64,000 nt of DNA from Saprospira grandis str. Lewin (GCF_000250635.1 NC_016940.1:1032995-1096994), one strand, 5' to 3'; positions 46,490-56,711 are shown, counted from the first letter of the stretch. The notes: generated from the sequence alone by a model not told the origin. A program made the numbers and translations.

Positions 46490-46564
46490 GGAGGATGATG
46501 GGTTTCGAACCCACGACCTCCAGAACCACAATCTGGCGCTCTAACCAACTGAGCTACACCCTCC
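46490..46564 (-). tRNA. tRNA-His (anticodon GTG) with encoded G-1
   Basis: Reverse complement folds as a cloverleaf: acceptor GAGGGTG/CATCCTC with G-1:C73, D-arm GCTCAGTTGGTTAGAGC, anticodon loop TTGTGGT, T-arm GTGGGTTCGAACCCAT. No encoded CCA. Confidence 0.85.
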
Positions 46565-46620
46565 ATCTTGAAGCGGTACAAATATAAAGCAGCTTTTTGG
46601 ATAATCCAAGTTTTGGCCAT

Positions 46621-46660
46621 AAAAAAAAGCGAGATACTCAATAGTATCTCGCTTTTGCTC
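46621..46660 (-). terminator. rho-independent terminator of tRNA-His copy 2
   Basis: Stem gcgagatact/agtatctcgc followed by a T run on the minus strand. Confidence 0.55.
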
Positions 46661-46670
46661 TTAAATGTAG

Positions 46671-46745
46671 GGAGGATGATGGGTTTCGAACCCACGACCT
46701 CCAGAACCACAATCTGGCGCTCTAACCAACTGAGCTACACCCTCC
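46671..46745 (-). tRNA. tRNA-His (GTG), second identical copy
   Basis: Sequence identical to 46490..46564. Confidence 0.85.
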
Positions 46746-46805
46746 ATCTTGAAAGCGGCACAAATATAAGCTAGCAAAATGAAAGGACCAAATTTTCTAG
46801 GGATT

Positions 46806-47162
46806 TTATTCTTCGCTAGGGTGCATAATTGCTTTTTTCTTGAGTAGGGTGGCTTCATCCTCTACATGTTCGGGGTCTGGAACGCAGCAATCTACGGGAC
46901 AGACGGCTGCACATTGGGGTTCTTCATGAAAGCCGACGCATTCTGTGCATTTATCGCTTACGATGAAATAGAAATCATCGGAAACGGGTTCGTTCATGAG
47001 GCCTGCATTGGCGGTTTTGCCGTTATGCAGTTCGAAATCGCCTTCTACTTCGGTGCCTTCTTCATAGGACCATTCTACGCCGCCTTCATAGATGGCGGTA
47101 TTGGGGCATTCGGGTTCGCAGGCTCCGCAGTTAATACATTCGTCAGTGATAATAATGGCCAT
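46806..47162 (-). CDS. 4Fe-4S ferredoxin
   Basis: Cys clusters [12 protein letters not shown] and [22 protein letters not shown]; 118 aa. Confidence 0.75.
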   Translation of the reverse strand: MAIIITDECINCGACEPECPNTAIYEGGVEWSYEEGTEVEGDFELHNGKTANAGLMNEPVSDDFYFIVSDKCTECVGFHEEPQCAAVCPVDCCVPDPEHVEDEATLLKKKAIMHPSEE

Positions 47163-47337
47163 AAATAGAAAATTATAGGGCAGTAAAGAATCAGTTCAAT
47201 GGGAAAAAGTCTTAGTCAGGGACTTTTTGTTTGGAGGGCTAATTATTTTGCGCTCCAATAAGAAACCCCAAAGATAGCAAGCAGTTTAAAGAAAGGGGAG
47301 AATTTGGTCCCAAAACTTTTGCCCTGCTTGCAGGGCT

Positions 47338-47480
47338 TTTGGGCAGCCGCAGGCTGCCTTTGTTGTGGCCTAGCGCTGTGGAGGGGTGGCCGCAGGCCAG
47401 ACCGAAGCGCGAAGCGCTGAAGGGCCGAGCAGGCTTGCGAGCCCCGCAACATAGCGCCGCAGCTTTGCTGCGGAGGCCCC
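47338..47480. repeat. GC-rich REP-like element
   Basis: Contains ggccagaccgaagcgcgaagcgctgaagggccgagcaggcttgcgagcccc, ending gcggaggccccaaaa. Confidence 0.7.
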
Positions 47481-47483
47481 AAA

Positions 47484-47519
47484 ACATAAAAAAAGCCAAC
47501 CCTAAAAAAAGAGTTGGCT
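47484..47519 (-). terminator. rho-independent terminator
   Basis: On the minus strand, stem agccaac/gttggct is followed by ttttttt. Confidence 0.5.
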
Positions 47520-47544
47520 AAAACTTTATAGAAGCAAAGGCGGC

Positions 47545-47994
47545 TTAGGCCTCTGTATTTTCTTCTTTGGTAGATGTTTCTTCTTCTACAACGGGATCGG
47601 GCTCTAGGTCAATGATACCACGATCGTTGAGGAAATTGAACCACTTAATAATTTTCTTGATATCAGAGATCAGTACACGGTCGGTATCGTGGCTGGGCAA
47701 AATTTCTAGAAAATAGCTACGAAGTTCTTGAGGTTTGGCTTTAGAGGTGGGCGTAGGCAACTGCTCGAGTTGGCTAAACATATTGCGAAACACCTGCTTG
47801 AGGTCTACGGTATCCTGTTCATCTTCCGTATAGATAGAGATAGATTCTAGGGGAGTAAACTGGTGTACTCGTCCAGAGGCGAACATTCTCTTTTTGCTAT
47901 CTAGCTCTTCTAGAATAAGGCCATTGGGGCGGTTGGCAGCCATGCGATAAATGCCTGGGCGTCCGCTTACCGCCACGAGTCGTTCTAGGTTCAT
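47545..47994 (-). CDS. small conserved hypothetical protein (DUF5606-like by recollection)
   Basis: 149 aa; N-terminus MNLERLVAVSGRPGIYRMAANRPNGLILEELDSKKR with an acidic C-terminus. Confidence 0.4.
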   Translation of the reverse strand: MNLERLVAVSGRPGIYRMAANRPNGLILEELDSKKRMFASGRVHQFTPLESISIYTEDEQDTVDLKQVFRNMFSQLEQLPTPTSKAKPQELRSYFLEILPSHDTDRVLISDIKKIIKWFNFLNDRGIIDLEPDPVVEEETSTKEENTEA

Positions 47995-48260
47995 TATATA
48001 TTACATTTATTTAAATAAAATCAAAAGCTAAAAAGGGCTACCATAAGGGCCCTCACAAAAGTATTAGGGTTTTAATGAGGAGAGGCCCATTATGGAGCGA
48101 AATCCAAAAATACAAATACATTTACTAATGTAAAGGGACAAGCAATTTTTTTTTATCTTGTCCTTAGTCCCTTAGCCCTCACTCCTTTCCCCAAAACCAA
48201 AAAATTATATTTCAATCTGCGGCCATTGGCAGGGCCAGGCCGGCACAAAAAAAACACAGT

Positions 48261-49046
48261 ATGAGAACGTTGACTTGTTTAGTATTGCTGCTCTTGGCAG
48301 GCAGTGGGGCATTTGCTCAGAAGGAAAAGGCCAGTGGGGTCAACTCTTTGCAGTATAGCGAGTTTATTCCGGTGGAGCCCATTGAGTTTTATGACAATGT
48401 AGAGGTAGCCGATAATGAGGGCAATGTAGATCTGAAGTACATCAAGAGTATGGACAAGCGAGAGCTACTAGAGTACTTGACCAATGAAACGGTTTTGGTT
48501 TCTGTTGCAGAGGTAGATCCGACAGGAAAAATGAGTTTTATTCCGGGTCGAGTATCTGATAAGGGCATGCAATATATTGTGACCATGGACTACCTCAAGT
48601 TTGCCACCTTGGAGGTAAAAAAAGAAGGCGATGTCGCTGGCGAAGCGGCTGCTGGCGTGGGTTTTCGAGTCATCTTAAATATTTCTTCTCGGGCCAAGGA
48701 CATCAACCTCAGTGATATTTTTAGTATTGGTATGGCTGCCACCGACAAAAAAGTGTATGGTTCTGTGCGGGTTGAAGCCATTGGTTTGCACGATCCAGAA
48801 ATTACTTCAGTGATTCCTTTGCCTAGCGAAATTAGCGGGGCTTCTATTCAGTCAGTTATGCAAGCCATTACTATTATCAAGTATAAAATTTATGATGAAA
48901 AGACGCGTCTCAATCCACAAATTGTAGGCGTACGCGGCACCAAAGAGGGCGTAACGCTTCAGGAACTCCGCGAGGCGGTGATGAAGTACCATAAGTTGGG
49001 TAAGAAAAATGTAGCCACCAACAAAAGTGCCCCCAGAAAGAAATAG
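48261..49046 (+). CDS. secreted hypothetical protein
   Basis: Signal peptide MRTLTCLVLLLLAGSGAFAQ; 261 aa. Confidence 0.5.
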   Translation: MRTLTCLVLLLLAGSGAFAQKEKASGVNSLQYSEFIPVEPIEFYDNVEVADNEGNVDLKYIKSMDKRELLEYLTNETVLVSVAEVDPTGKMSFIPGRVSDKGMQYIVTMDYLKFATLEVKKEGDVAGEAAAGVGFRVILNISSRAKDINLSDIFSIGMAATDKKVYGSVRVEAIGLHDPEITSVIPLPSEISGASIQSVMQAITIIKYKIYDEKTRLNPQIVGVRGTKEGVTLQELREAVMKYHKLGKKNVATNKSAPRKK

Positions 49047-49064
49047 TCTAGTCTCTACTGAGCA

Positions 49065-49100
49065 GAAAAAAGGCCAGCGAAATTCGCTGGCCTTTTTTGG
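49065..49100. terminator. bidirectional rho-independent terminator
   Basis: aaaaaaggccagcgaaattcgctggcctttttt. Confidence 0.65.
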
Positions 49101-49108
49101 TTTATCGA

Positions 49109-50614
49109 TTAAGCGGAGGGAAACAACTCTCGGAGCTTATCGGCAATTTTGCGGTCATCGGATAGACGAGGCACCTTATTTTGCCCTCCCAGTTTGCCAA
49201 TAGACTTCATATATTGTCGGAAGGCATCGGCTGGAACAGGGCGGATTTTTAGCGGCTGCAAGATCTTATCTCGGACCAAATCCTCATAATAAATATTTTG
49301 TTTGCGCATGGCCAAATCGAGGCGCTCGGCTAGCAGCTCCAAGTTTTCCGGCAGCTGATCAAAGGCAATCCACCATTCGTGATAAGGCTTCCCTCCTTCT
49401 GGGGGCGTTACCTGTGGGGCCACCGAAAACTCCACCACCTTGGCGGGTTCTACCTCTAGGGCCTCCAAAAGGGCCTGCTCCACCTCTTTGCCAATCACAT
49501 GCTCTCCAAAGGCCGAAATATAATGCTTGATGCGGCCCGTGACCAAAATCCGATAAGGGTCTTTAGAGATAAACTGCACCGTATCGCCAATGCTATAGCC
49601 CCAAAGCCCCGCATTGGTATTTAATACTAGGGCGTAATTTACGCCCAGCTCCACCTCGGCCAAAGAAAGACGGGGCGGATTTTCAGAAAAGTATTGGTCG
49701 GCAGGCACAAATTCGAAGAAAATGCCCGAATTGATATTGAGCAAAAGCCCGGGCGCATCTTGCTGGTCCTGATAAGCAATAAAGCCCTCCGAAGCGGGAT
49801 AAGTCTCTACAGAGGGAATTCGCCCCCCCACCAAAGATTCTAATTTCTCTCGATAGGGCTCAAAATTGACGCCCCCATAAACAAAGATAGAGAGATTGGG
49901 AAAAACCTCTAAAACGGTCTTCTTGCCCGTCCGCTCCAATAGGCGCTCATAATACATTTGTACCCAAGGCGGAATCCCCGAAATTAAACGCATATCCGCA
50001 TGCATCGTCTCGTCTACAATACGGTCTAGCTTTTCTTCCCAATCTTCTATGCAGTTGGTTTCATAAGAAGGCAGCTGATTGCCCTTTAACCAACTAGGCA
50101 CCAAATGGTTAGAGATCCCAGAAAGCCGACCGAGCAAAATATCGCCCTTTTTCTCTAGTGCTGGAGAGCCCGACAAAAAGATCATTTTCCCATCCATAAA
50201 ATCGGCCTTACCCGTCTGGGCAATATAATTAAATACCGAATTTCGGGCTGTTCCAAAATGGTTGGGAATACTTTCTTTGGTTAGGGGAATAAATTTGGCT
50301 CCCGAAGTCGTGCCCGAAGTTTTTGCATAATATTTGGGCCGACCTTTCCAAAGTACATTTTCCTCTCCCCCATTGATGCGCTCCACATAAGGCCGCAAAG
50401 CCTCATAATCAACCAAAGGCACCTGCTGCTTAAAGCTGGCATAATCTACAATTTTATCAAATTGATGGTCCTTGCCATAAGCCGTTGTTTGGCCCACCGC
50501 CACCAATTCTTGCCGGATTTTCTCCTGATAGTCCAGCCCCTTTAGCGCTTGCCCATTTTTTTGCTTACTGATGTAGCGAGCTAGCTGCTTAATAAGGAAA
50601 GATTTTATAGACAT
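49109..50614 (-). CDS. GH3-family (auxin-responsive-promoter-like) adenylating enzyme
   Basis: N-terminal QELVAVGQTTAYGKDHQF...KTSGTTSGAKFIPLT with the acyl-adenylate-forming family motif; 501 aa. Confidence 0.7.
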   Translation of the reverse strand: MSIKSFLIKQLARYISKQKNGQALKGLDYQEKIRQELVAVGQTTAYGKDHQFDKIVDYASFKQQVPLVDYEALRPYVERINGGEENVLWKGRPKYYAKTSGTTSGAKFIPLTKESIPNHFGTARNSVFNYIAQTGKADFMDGKMIFLSGSPALEKKGDILLGRLSGISNHLVPSWLKGNQLPSYETNCIEDWEEKLDRIVDETMHADMRLISGIPPWVQMYYERLLERTGKKTVLEVFPNLSIFVYGGVNFEPYREKLESLVGGRIPSVETYPASEGFIAYQDQQDAPGLLLNINSGIFFEFVPADQYFSENPPRLSLAEVELGVNYALVLNTNAGLWGYSIGDTVQFISKDPYRILVTGRIKHYISAFGEHVIGKEVEQALLEALEVEPAKVVEFSVAPQVTPPEGGKPYHEWWIAFDQLPENLELLAERLDLAMRKQNIYYEDLVRDKILQPLKIRPVPADAFRQYMKSIGKLGGQNKVPRLSDDRKIADKLRELFPSA

Positions 50615-50685
50615 GAATATATTTTTTGATGATTTCTTAAAGGCGAAGATCCAAAATCAAGGGCAAAGGCAAAAGTATTTTCCTA

Positions 50686-50850
50686 TTTTTTTGGGGCTGC
50701 CCCTCGCTGCGCTCGGGTCGGGCTGTCTCGCAGCTCGCTCTTCGCTCGGCCCTGCAAGCTTTTTCGCTGCGCTTCAAAAGCTTTGGGCCTGCCGCCTGCG
50801 GCGGCCCTGCTGCCCATCCCTCAGCCTGCGGCCCTATCGGGCCTGTAGGA
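50686..50850. repeat. GC-rich REP-like element
   Basis: tttttggggctgcccctcgc...gggtcgggctgtctcgcagctcgctcttcgctcggccc...ggcctgccgcctgcggcggccctgctgcccatccctcagcc. Confidence 0.8.
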
Positions 50851-51000
50851 CCGAAAAAGGCCAAAACATAAATTTTATAGATTAAATATAGAAATTAGAC
50901 TAAAGCCCTGCTTTTCGGCAAGTTTTCTTATATTTGCCCACTGTTAAAGTAAGATACAAAACTGTTGTCCATCATTTTATTTCATACAAAAATTGTCAGA

Positions 51001-52695
51001 ATGAAGAAGTTATATTTAAGCTGCTTATTGATGCTCTTGAGCTTTGGCATGGCCTCTGCCCAAGACTTGCAAGATAGCTTTGAACTTTACTTCGAGTTTA
51101 ATCGTGCTATCCTAAAACAGGAAAGTAAAACGCAGATCGACTCTTTCTTGGAGGCCACTAAAGGCCGCCGTCTTGGTGTACGTATCGCAGGTTATACTTG
51201 TGATATCGGAACCGAAAACTACAACATGGGCCTCTCTGAGCGCCGTGCTGAATCTGCCTTTGAATACCTCAAGGAAGTCGGAGAACCCGAAGATAAAATG
51301 GAGCTATTCTTCTACGGAGAAAAAGATCTTAAGTACGGTCAAGGCGGTGTAGCCGAAAACCGTCGTGTGTATTTCCTCTTCTCTCTAGAAGATGATGACC
51401 GCGATACCCTTTTGCAAAAAGGTTGCTTGGAAGTGTTCGTCGAAAAAGGAACCTTCAAGCCTAAAAAGAATAAAGACATTACCTTTACTTACAAAAGCTT
51501 GTCTAGTGCTCGTGAAGTAGCTCAGGCCGGTATCAAAATGGAAGACGAAAACGGCAAAGGCGTTTATGCCAATGCTATCGCCTACTTTGATGCTAAAGTA
51601 GATGGCAATGCCCTAGAAGCTGGCAAAACCCTTAAGGTGAAAATGCCCGCAGTTGGCGAAGATGCCGAAGGCTTTATGCTTTATACTGGTGTAGATAATG
51701 GCGGAACAATTACTTGGAAAAGCACAGGTAAGCCCTGTGGTAGCCTAGTAAAAGAAGGCGATTGCTCTACCTATAACTTCGAAATGGAAGTAAACGGCTA
51801 CTGTGGCTGCCTTAAGCCCCGCGCTTGTGAAGAAGATTGTAGCGAAGACCCCTTCGGTGGTGAGCGTCTACCCAATCTAGAAGCTGCCGATATCCGCTAT
51901 AGCAGCGAAGGTTCTGTGGCCCAAATCAAAGATGGTACTTATACTCAAGACATCGCCAACATGGATGTTCAAGTAGTAGATGAGCCTAACAAAGAGTCTG
52001 ATTGCGACATCTGCGAGCAGTTCCAGTACGGTATCGCTACCGAAGATTGGTTCCCCGCTTATGCTAACATGAATGATAGCAAAAACGTAATCGTTAAGGC
52101 TAAAAACTCTGCTGGCGAAGCTCAGCAAGGTGATGGCAACCGTGGCATGCGCATTATGCTTCCCCGCGATAAAGTAACTGAAACTAATCCTGTTTTGCTT
52201 ACTGGCCGCCTTACTAAGCAAGGTTACATGAAGTGGGAAACTTCTAAGTATGAGCAAGCTACTTGCCTTGGTCCTATCAACTGTGACTATGTCGTTTTTG
52301 ATGTTCCTGCTACGGGTAACTACAAGTTGGGCGAATGGAACGAAAACCCCGATGCTCCAGGTGAAGATACTTATGTACTCAAAACTCGTGTACTCCGTAA
52401 CTCTACTATCCTTGTAGCCAACAAGAAAACAGGCTATGTTTACCGTGCGAAAAATGTAACTCGCAAAGGTAAAACTCGTACCAAAGAGTATCACATCCGC
52501 CAAGATGATAACATGGATGATATCATCATTCTTCAGCGCTACCAGCACAAGAAGAAGGCACAGAAAAAGCGTTATGCTGAGGTGAAATTGACTGACCTTA
52601 AGTATAAGAAGAAAAAGAAAATGTACGTACTCCGTAAGCGTACTAGCAAGAAAATCAAAGAGTGGGACGAAATGGACCTCAACCTTTGTAAATAA
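51001..52695 (+). CDS. OmpA-family domain protein with the OmpA-like domain at the N-terminus and a long Cys-rich C-terminal region
   Basis: Signal peptide MKKLYLSCLLMLLSFGMASAQ. OmpA_C-like FEFNRAIL...GYTCDIGTENYNMGLSERRAESAFEYL sits right after the signal peptide. Start at MKKLYL. Confidence 0.55.
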   Translation: MKKLYLSCLLMLLSFGMASAQDLQDSFELYFEFNRAILKQESKTQIDSFLEATKGRRLGVRIAGYTCDIGTENYNMGLSERRAESAFEYLKEVGEPEDKMELFFYGEKDLKYGQGGVAENRRVYFLFSLEDDDRDTLLQKGCLEVFVEKGTFKPKKNKDITFTYKSLSSAREVAQAGIKMEDENGKGVYANAIAYFDAKVDGNALEAGKTLKVKMPAVGEDAEGFMLYTGVDNGGTITWKSTGKPCGSLVKEGDCSTYNFEMEVNGYCGCLKPRACEEDCSEDPFGGERLPNLEAADIRYSSEGSVAQIKDGTYTQDIANMDVQVVDEPNKESDCDICEQFQYGIATEDWFPAYANMNDSKNVIVKAKNSAGEAQQGDGNRGMRIMLPRDKVTETNPVLLTGRLTKQGYMKWETSKYEQATCLGPINCDYVVFDVPATGNYKLGEWNENPDAPGEDTYVLKTRVLRNSTILVANKKTGYVYRAKNVTRKGKTRTKEYHIRQDDNMDDIIILQRYQHKKKAQKKRYAEVKLTDLKYKKKKKMYVLRKRTSKKIKEWDEMDLNLCK

Positions 52696-52720
52696 TTGCT
52701 TCTTTAAGCTTTAATTTTAA

Positions 52721-52752
52721 GGGCCCGCTGCTGTAGCAGCGGGCCCTTTTTC
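52721..52752 (+). terminator. rho-independent terminator
   Basis: gggcccgctgc tgta gcagcgggccc followed by ttttt. Confidence 0.7.
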
Positions 52753-52770
52753 TCATATAAATACCTAATT

Positions 52771-53241
52771 ATGTCTATTCAAATTCGCCCAGGTAACCCC
52801 CAAGATATTCCCGCCATCCATGCCCTTGTCCGAGAACTCGCTATTTATGAGCAAGCAGAAGCCGAGCATACGGTAAGTATAGAAGAAATGAAAGAACATG
52901 CCTTTGGTCCCCAAGCCTACTTCTCGTTCTTAGTAGCCGAAAATGAGCAGGGCCAAATTTTGGGAATGGCGCTTTATTTCTTTAGTTATTCTACCTGGAA
53001 AGGCCCCTGCCTCTATCTAGAAGATTTGGTGGTTAAGGAAGATTGCCGCCGCCAAGGTATTGGCCAACTTCTTTTTGATAAACTCCTGCAAATTGCTAAA
53101 ACAAAAAAAGTGGGCCGAATGAGCTGGCAGGTACTCGATTGGAACGCGCCCGCTATTGCTTTTTATAAAAAACTAGGTGCTCAACTTGATGAAAGCTGGA
53201 TTAACTGTCAATTTAGAAAAGAATTTATTGAAAACTATTAA
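52771..53241 (+). CDS. GNAT-family N-acetyltransferase
   Basis: VVKEDCRRQGIGQLLFDKLL acetyl-CoA binding motif A; 156 aa. Confidence 0.7.
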   Translation: MSIQIRPGNPQDIPAIHALVRELAIYEQAEAEHTVSIEEMKEHAFGPQAYFSFLVAENEQGQILGMALYFFSYSTWKGPCLYLEDLVVKEDCRRQGIGQLLFDKLLQIAKTKKVGRMSWQVLDWNAPAIAFYKKLGAQLDESWINCQFRKEFIENY

Positions 53242-54019
53242 GCTATTTCTATTGCTACTTTTGGCCCTCCCACTAAAGGCCCAAATCTTAAATGCCGATG
53301 CACTGGCCCCAAAACTAGACTCTAGCCGAGCCTTTCACTTGTTTGGCCAAGGAAATCTAAGCATCACCAAACGAAATTATACCCCCGTCTATAGCTTTAC
53401 TGGCCAAGCCGAATGGGCCTACCACTCTGGCCAACACCAGCTGATGCACAGCAACTATTACCGCCTGCTTCGATCGGCTGGAGAAAATACCCTCAATAGC
53501 GGTTATACGCATTTTCGCTACCGCTTAGCCCCCGAAGAAGGCCTGCAATATGAGCTTTTTGCCCAGTTTCAAGGCGATCAAATTCGGGGAATGCAAGAGC
53601 GCTACCTATTGGGTGGAAACCTGCGCTTAAAGCTCCGGCAAAAAGATAAAACGAACCTCTTTTTGGGCCTAGGGGGCATGTATGAATCAGAAAAATGGAC
53701 CTATTCCGCTGTAGAGGATAGCCTACTCCCCGCCGATATTAGTGATTTTTATACCCAATATGCTAAGCTCAATTTTTACTTGAGCTACTGGGAGGATTTT
53801 AACCCAAAACTACGCACTCAATTGGTCCTTTATCTACAAACAAGGCCCGATAGCGAATGGCAAAAGGCCCGCATTTTTGTTTCTAATGAATGGAGCTGGA
53901 AAATAGCCAAACATTGGGCGCTGGCCTTTGGAGCCCAACTCAATTATGAGCTAGCCCCGCCTGTTCCCCTTGCTAAGTTTTATTATACGACCTCTTGGGC
54001 CCTAAAGTATAGCTGGTAG
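53228..54019 (+). CDS. secreted hypothetical protein, probable outer-membrane beta-barrel
   Basis: Signal peptide KTIKLFLLLLLALPLKAQ. The ATG-started ORF at 53177 overlaps the GNAT gene by 65 nt, so an in-frame TTG at 53228 is proposed. Ends with an aromatic residue, ..ALKYSW. Confidence 0.4.
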   Translation: MKTIKLFLLLLLALPLKAQILNADALAPKLDSSRAFHLFGQGNLSITKRNYTPVYSFTGQAEWAYHSGQHQLMHSNYYRLLRSAGENTLNSGYTHFRYRLAPEEGLQYELFAQFQGDQIRGMQERYLLGGNLRLKLRQKDKTNLFLGLGGMYESEKWTYSAVEDSLLPADISDFYTQYAKLNFYLSYWEDFNPKLRTQLVLYLQTRPDSEWQKARIFVSNEWSWKIAKHWALAFGAQLNYELAPPVPLAKFYYTTSWALKYSW

Positions 54020-54029
54020 CTAACGGTCC

Positions 54030-54180
54030 TACAGGCGGCGAAGCCGCGGAAGGCTGAGGGGCTGTAGCAGGGCCGCCGAAGGCGGCAGACCAAAGGCTTT
54101 TTAAGCGAAGCGAAAAGCCTGCAGGGCCGAGCAGACCTGCGAGCTGCGAAATGGCCCGACCCGCCCAAAGGGCGGGGCAG
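54030..54180. repeat. GC-rich REP-like element
   Basis: Contains ggcggcgaagccgcgg, gggccgagcagacctgcgagctgcgaaatggcccgacccgcc and gggcagccccaaaaaaa. Confidence 0.75.
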
Positions 54181-54182
54181 CC

Positions 54183-54213
54183 CCAAAAAAAGACGATCTA
54201 AAATAGATCGTCT
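54183..54213 (-). terminator. rho-independent terminator
   Basis: On the minus strand, stem agacgatct/agatcgtct is followed by ttttttt. Confidence 0.55.
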
Positions 54214-54219
54214 GAAAGG

Positions 54220-54747
54220 TTAGTAGAGTTGCTCTAGCCCTTTTAAAGGCCCCATTTGCTCCTCTATCTCATTTTCCCAGCTTTGTTCTAAGCGTCGGCC
54301 CAGATGCAAAAAGAGCTTGCGGTCTTTGGGCGTCCACTCGCAGCGGGCGCCCTTGTTGCTGTTCAGGACCCGCTCTTCGGATAGTGCCCTGTACAAAATA
54401 TGTTGATTTTCATCAATTTCGAAGTGGAGGGCCTGCAACAGCCGCTCTTTATCCTCAAAATGGCCCTGAATACGCAGCAAGGCCTGCCCCCGAATTTTCT
54501 TGAGCTTGATTTTTTCAATCTTCAGGCCCAGTTCCTCATGATGAAAAGGGGCCTTGCTTTCTAACCGAGCCACAAACTCCTGGGCTTGAGCCTCTGCCTT
54601 TTCGGGATACTGAAGATGAACAAACTCCATTTTGAAGCTTTGCTTTTTAAAATTGAGTTCCAAAAGGGCCTCTTCGGCCAAAATTGGGCTTTGCATTTGG
54701 AACAAAAGCGCCGTGAAAAAAAGGAGCTCGTTGAGTAAAATAGCCAT
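54220..54747 (-). CDS. hypothetical protein
   Basis: 175-aa ORF with an N-terminal hydrophobic segment; no family recognised. Confidence 0.4.
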   Translation of the reverse strand: MAILLNELLFFTALLFQMQSPILAEEALLELNFKKQSFKMEFVHLQYPEKAEAQAQEFVARLESKAPFHHEELGLKIEKIKLKKIRGQALLRIQGHFEDKERLLQALHFEIDENQHILYRALSEERVLNSNKGARCEWTPKDRKLFLHLGRRLEQSWENEIEEQMGPLKGLEQLY

Positions 54748-54752
54748 GCTGC

Positions 54753-55187
54753 TTAGTTTTTTGATTCATAAATAGAAATCCAAGCCTGAGGGGTCATTTT
54801 TTGGGCCAATTCTTCAACAAGGGGCCAAGGAATATGCCCCGCTTTTTTCCAACGAATACAGCTTTTCCCCATATTTAGCTTGTATTTGCTGCCTGCGGCA
54901 TAGGCTGCTGTCCACCAATTGAGTAGCTCTTCATCGGCATAAAGCCCAAAGTGATATAGGGCCAAATGACTTTTTTGAGCCGCCAAACTGATGAAAGGCA
55001 AGGGCTGCCCCGGCTGCGCATGATAGCCCTGCGGATAACGGCTCAAGGGAACCTCAAAATGCAACATTCGCCCATCAAAACGCTCTGTAAAGCCAGTAGG
55101 CAGCTGCTGCCGAAGTAATTCGGCTAGTTTTTCAAGCGCTTGGGCCTTTTCTTCAGGCAATTGCGCTAAATAGTCGCTGAAATTCAT
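54753..55187 (-). CDS. DUF1801 (YdhG/YjbR-like) domain protein
   Basis: 144 aa, by recollection of the family pattern (...KSHLALYHF..). Confidence 0.4.
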   Translation of the reverse strand: MNFSDYLAQLPEEKAQALEKLAELLRQQLPTGFTERFDGRMLHFEVPLSRYPQGYHAQPGQPLPFISLAAQKSHLALYHFGLYADEELLNWWTAAYAAGSKYKLNMGKSCIRWKKAGHIPWPLVEELAQKMTPQAWISIYESKN

Positions 55188-55254
55188 AGAAAACTTTTTT
55201 TTGAATAAACATTTAGTTTATTTTAAAGGAGTTTTTCACTACATACTATAAGTT

Positions 55255-56706
55255 ATGAACAAGATACCGAATAAAGGCCAAGATCAACAGCATATTTTAG
55301 CGCAATTAAAGGCCTTTAAAGGGAAAGATTTACCCTGGCAAGCAGGGAAAATCTTTGCCTATATTTACCAAACCACCCCCGAGGCCAAGGCGGTGGCCGA
55401 GGCGGCCTACCTTTCTTTTTTGCCCGAAAATGGCTTGGACCCCACGGCTTTCCCCTCGCTTTTGCATTTGGAGCAGCAGATTATTGGACAGCTAGCGCCT
55501 TTGTTGGGCGGCAATGAAGACGTAAAAGGAAATTGTACCTCTGGCGGGACCGAAAGCGTGATTTTAGCAGTAAAAGCGGCCCGAGATTATGCCCGAGCCA
55601 AGTATCCCGATCAAAAAGAGTTTGAAATTTTGGTCCCTTCTACGGCGCATCCTTGCTTTTATAAGGCGGCTCATTATCTAAATATTGGCATTCAATCTAT
55701 AGATGTAGACCCGCAAACACAACGCCTAAAGGTGGCCGATATGCGGGCCGCTATTAGCAAAAAAACGATTTTGTTGGTGGGCTCTGCGCCCTCTTATGCG
55801 CATGGCGTGATGGACCCCATTGCCGAGCTTTCTGATTTGGCCCTAGAAAAAGATTTGCTTTTGCATGTAGATGCTTGCGTGGGCGGTATGTATTTGCCCT
55901 TTTTGCGGCAGTTGGGTCATGAGGTTCCGCCCTTTGGCTTTGAGTTGCCGGGCGTGACTTCTATTTCTTGCGATTTGCATAAGTTTGGCTATGTGCCCAA
56001 GGGCTGCTCTACGATTTTGTACCGCAATAAGGAGCTCCGCCAACACCAGATTTTTAGTTGCTCGCAATGGCCAGGCTATACGGTGATCAATCCCACGGTT
56101 TTATCGAGTAAAACAGGGGCGCCTATGGCGGCCGCTTGGGCCATGTTTCAATATATGGGCCTAGAAGGCTACCAAAATGCGGTGGCCGATTGCCAGGCGG
56201 CTAGAGATGCCGTGATTGCAGCTTTGGAGCAGTTGCCTAGCCTTCAATTGATTGGCCAGCCCGATATGAGTTTGCTGGCTTTTGCGAGTAAAGATGAGGA
56301 CCTCAGCATTTTTGATTTGGCCGATCAGCTCAATGAAAAGGGCTGGTATGTGCAAGTTCAATTGGCGAGCCCGCATTCTCCTGCGGCCATTCATTTGAGC
56401 ATTAGTCATTTTAATTGCCCACATATTCCAAGTTTTGTCGCTGATTTGCAGGAAACTGTAGCCGAGCTCATGAGTAATCCAGTAGAAGAAAATGAGCTAT
56501 TAGCTGCCCTCGACCATTCTATGTTGGCCCTTTTGATGGAAGATTTTGATCCCGCTATGTTGGGCCAATTTCAAGAATTGATGGGCCTAGAGTCTGCAGA
56601 AGGCGGCCTACCGGCCGATATGGGCGCGGTCAATCAGTTGCTCAATGTTCTTTCGGCCAAGCAACGAGAAGATGTTTTGCTGGCCTTTATGAATGAGTTG
56701 ATTTAA
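55255..56706 (+). CDS. PLP-dependent group II decarboxylase family enzyme (glutamate decarboxylase / sphingosine-1-phosphate-lyase-like)
   Basis: SISCDLHKFGYVPKGCS PLP-lysine motif, with HVDACVGG upstream; 483 aa. Confidence 0.6.
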   Translation: MNKIPNKGQDQQHILAQLKAFKGKDLPWQAGKIFAYIYQTTPEAKAVAEAAYLSFLPENGLDPTAFPSLLHLEQQIIGQLAPLLGGNEDVKGNCTSGGTESVILAVKAARDYARAKYPDQKEFEILVPSTAHPCFYKAAHYLNIGIQSIDVDPQTQRLKVADMRAAISKKTILLVGSAPSYAHGVMDPIAELSDLALEKDLLLHVDACVGGMYLPFLRQLGHEVPPFGFELPGVTSISCDLHKFGYVPKGCSTILYRNKELRQHQIFSCSQWPGYTVINPTVLSSKTGAPMAAAWAMFQYMGLEGYQNAVADCQAARDAVIAALEQLPSLQLIGQPDMSLLAFASKDEDLSIFDLADQLNEKGWYVQVQLASPHSPAAIHLSISHFNCPHIPSFVADLQETVAELMSNPVEENELLAALDHSMLALLMEDFDPAMLGQFQELMGLESAEGGLPADMGAVNQLLNVLSAKQREDVLLAFMNELI

Positions 56707-56711
56707 GTTTT

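Noticed and set aside
46225-46710. 161-aa ORF on the minus strand
   Set aside because: It spans two tRNA-His genes and their terminators.
47290-47340. Hairpin tttgccctgcttgcagggctttt, considered as a terminator
   Set aside because: No co-oriented upstream gene ends nearby. It is more likely part of or adjacent to the REP element at 47338..47480.
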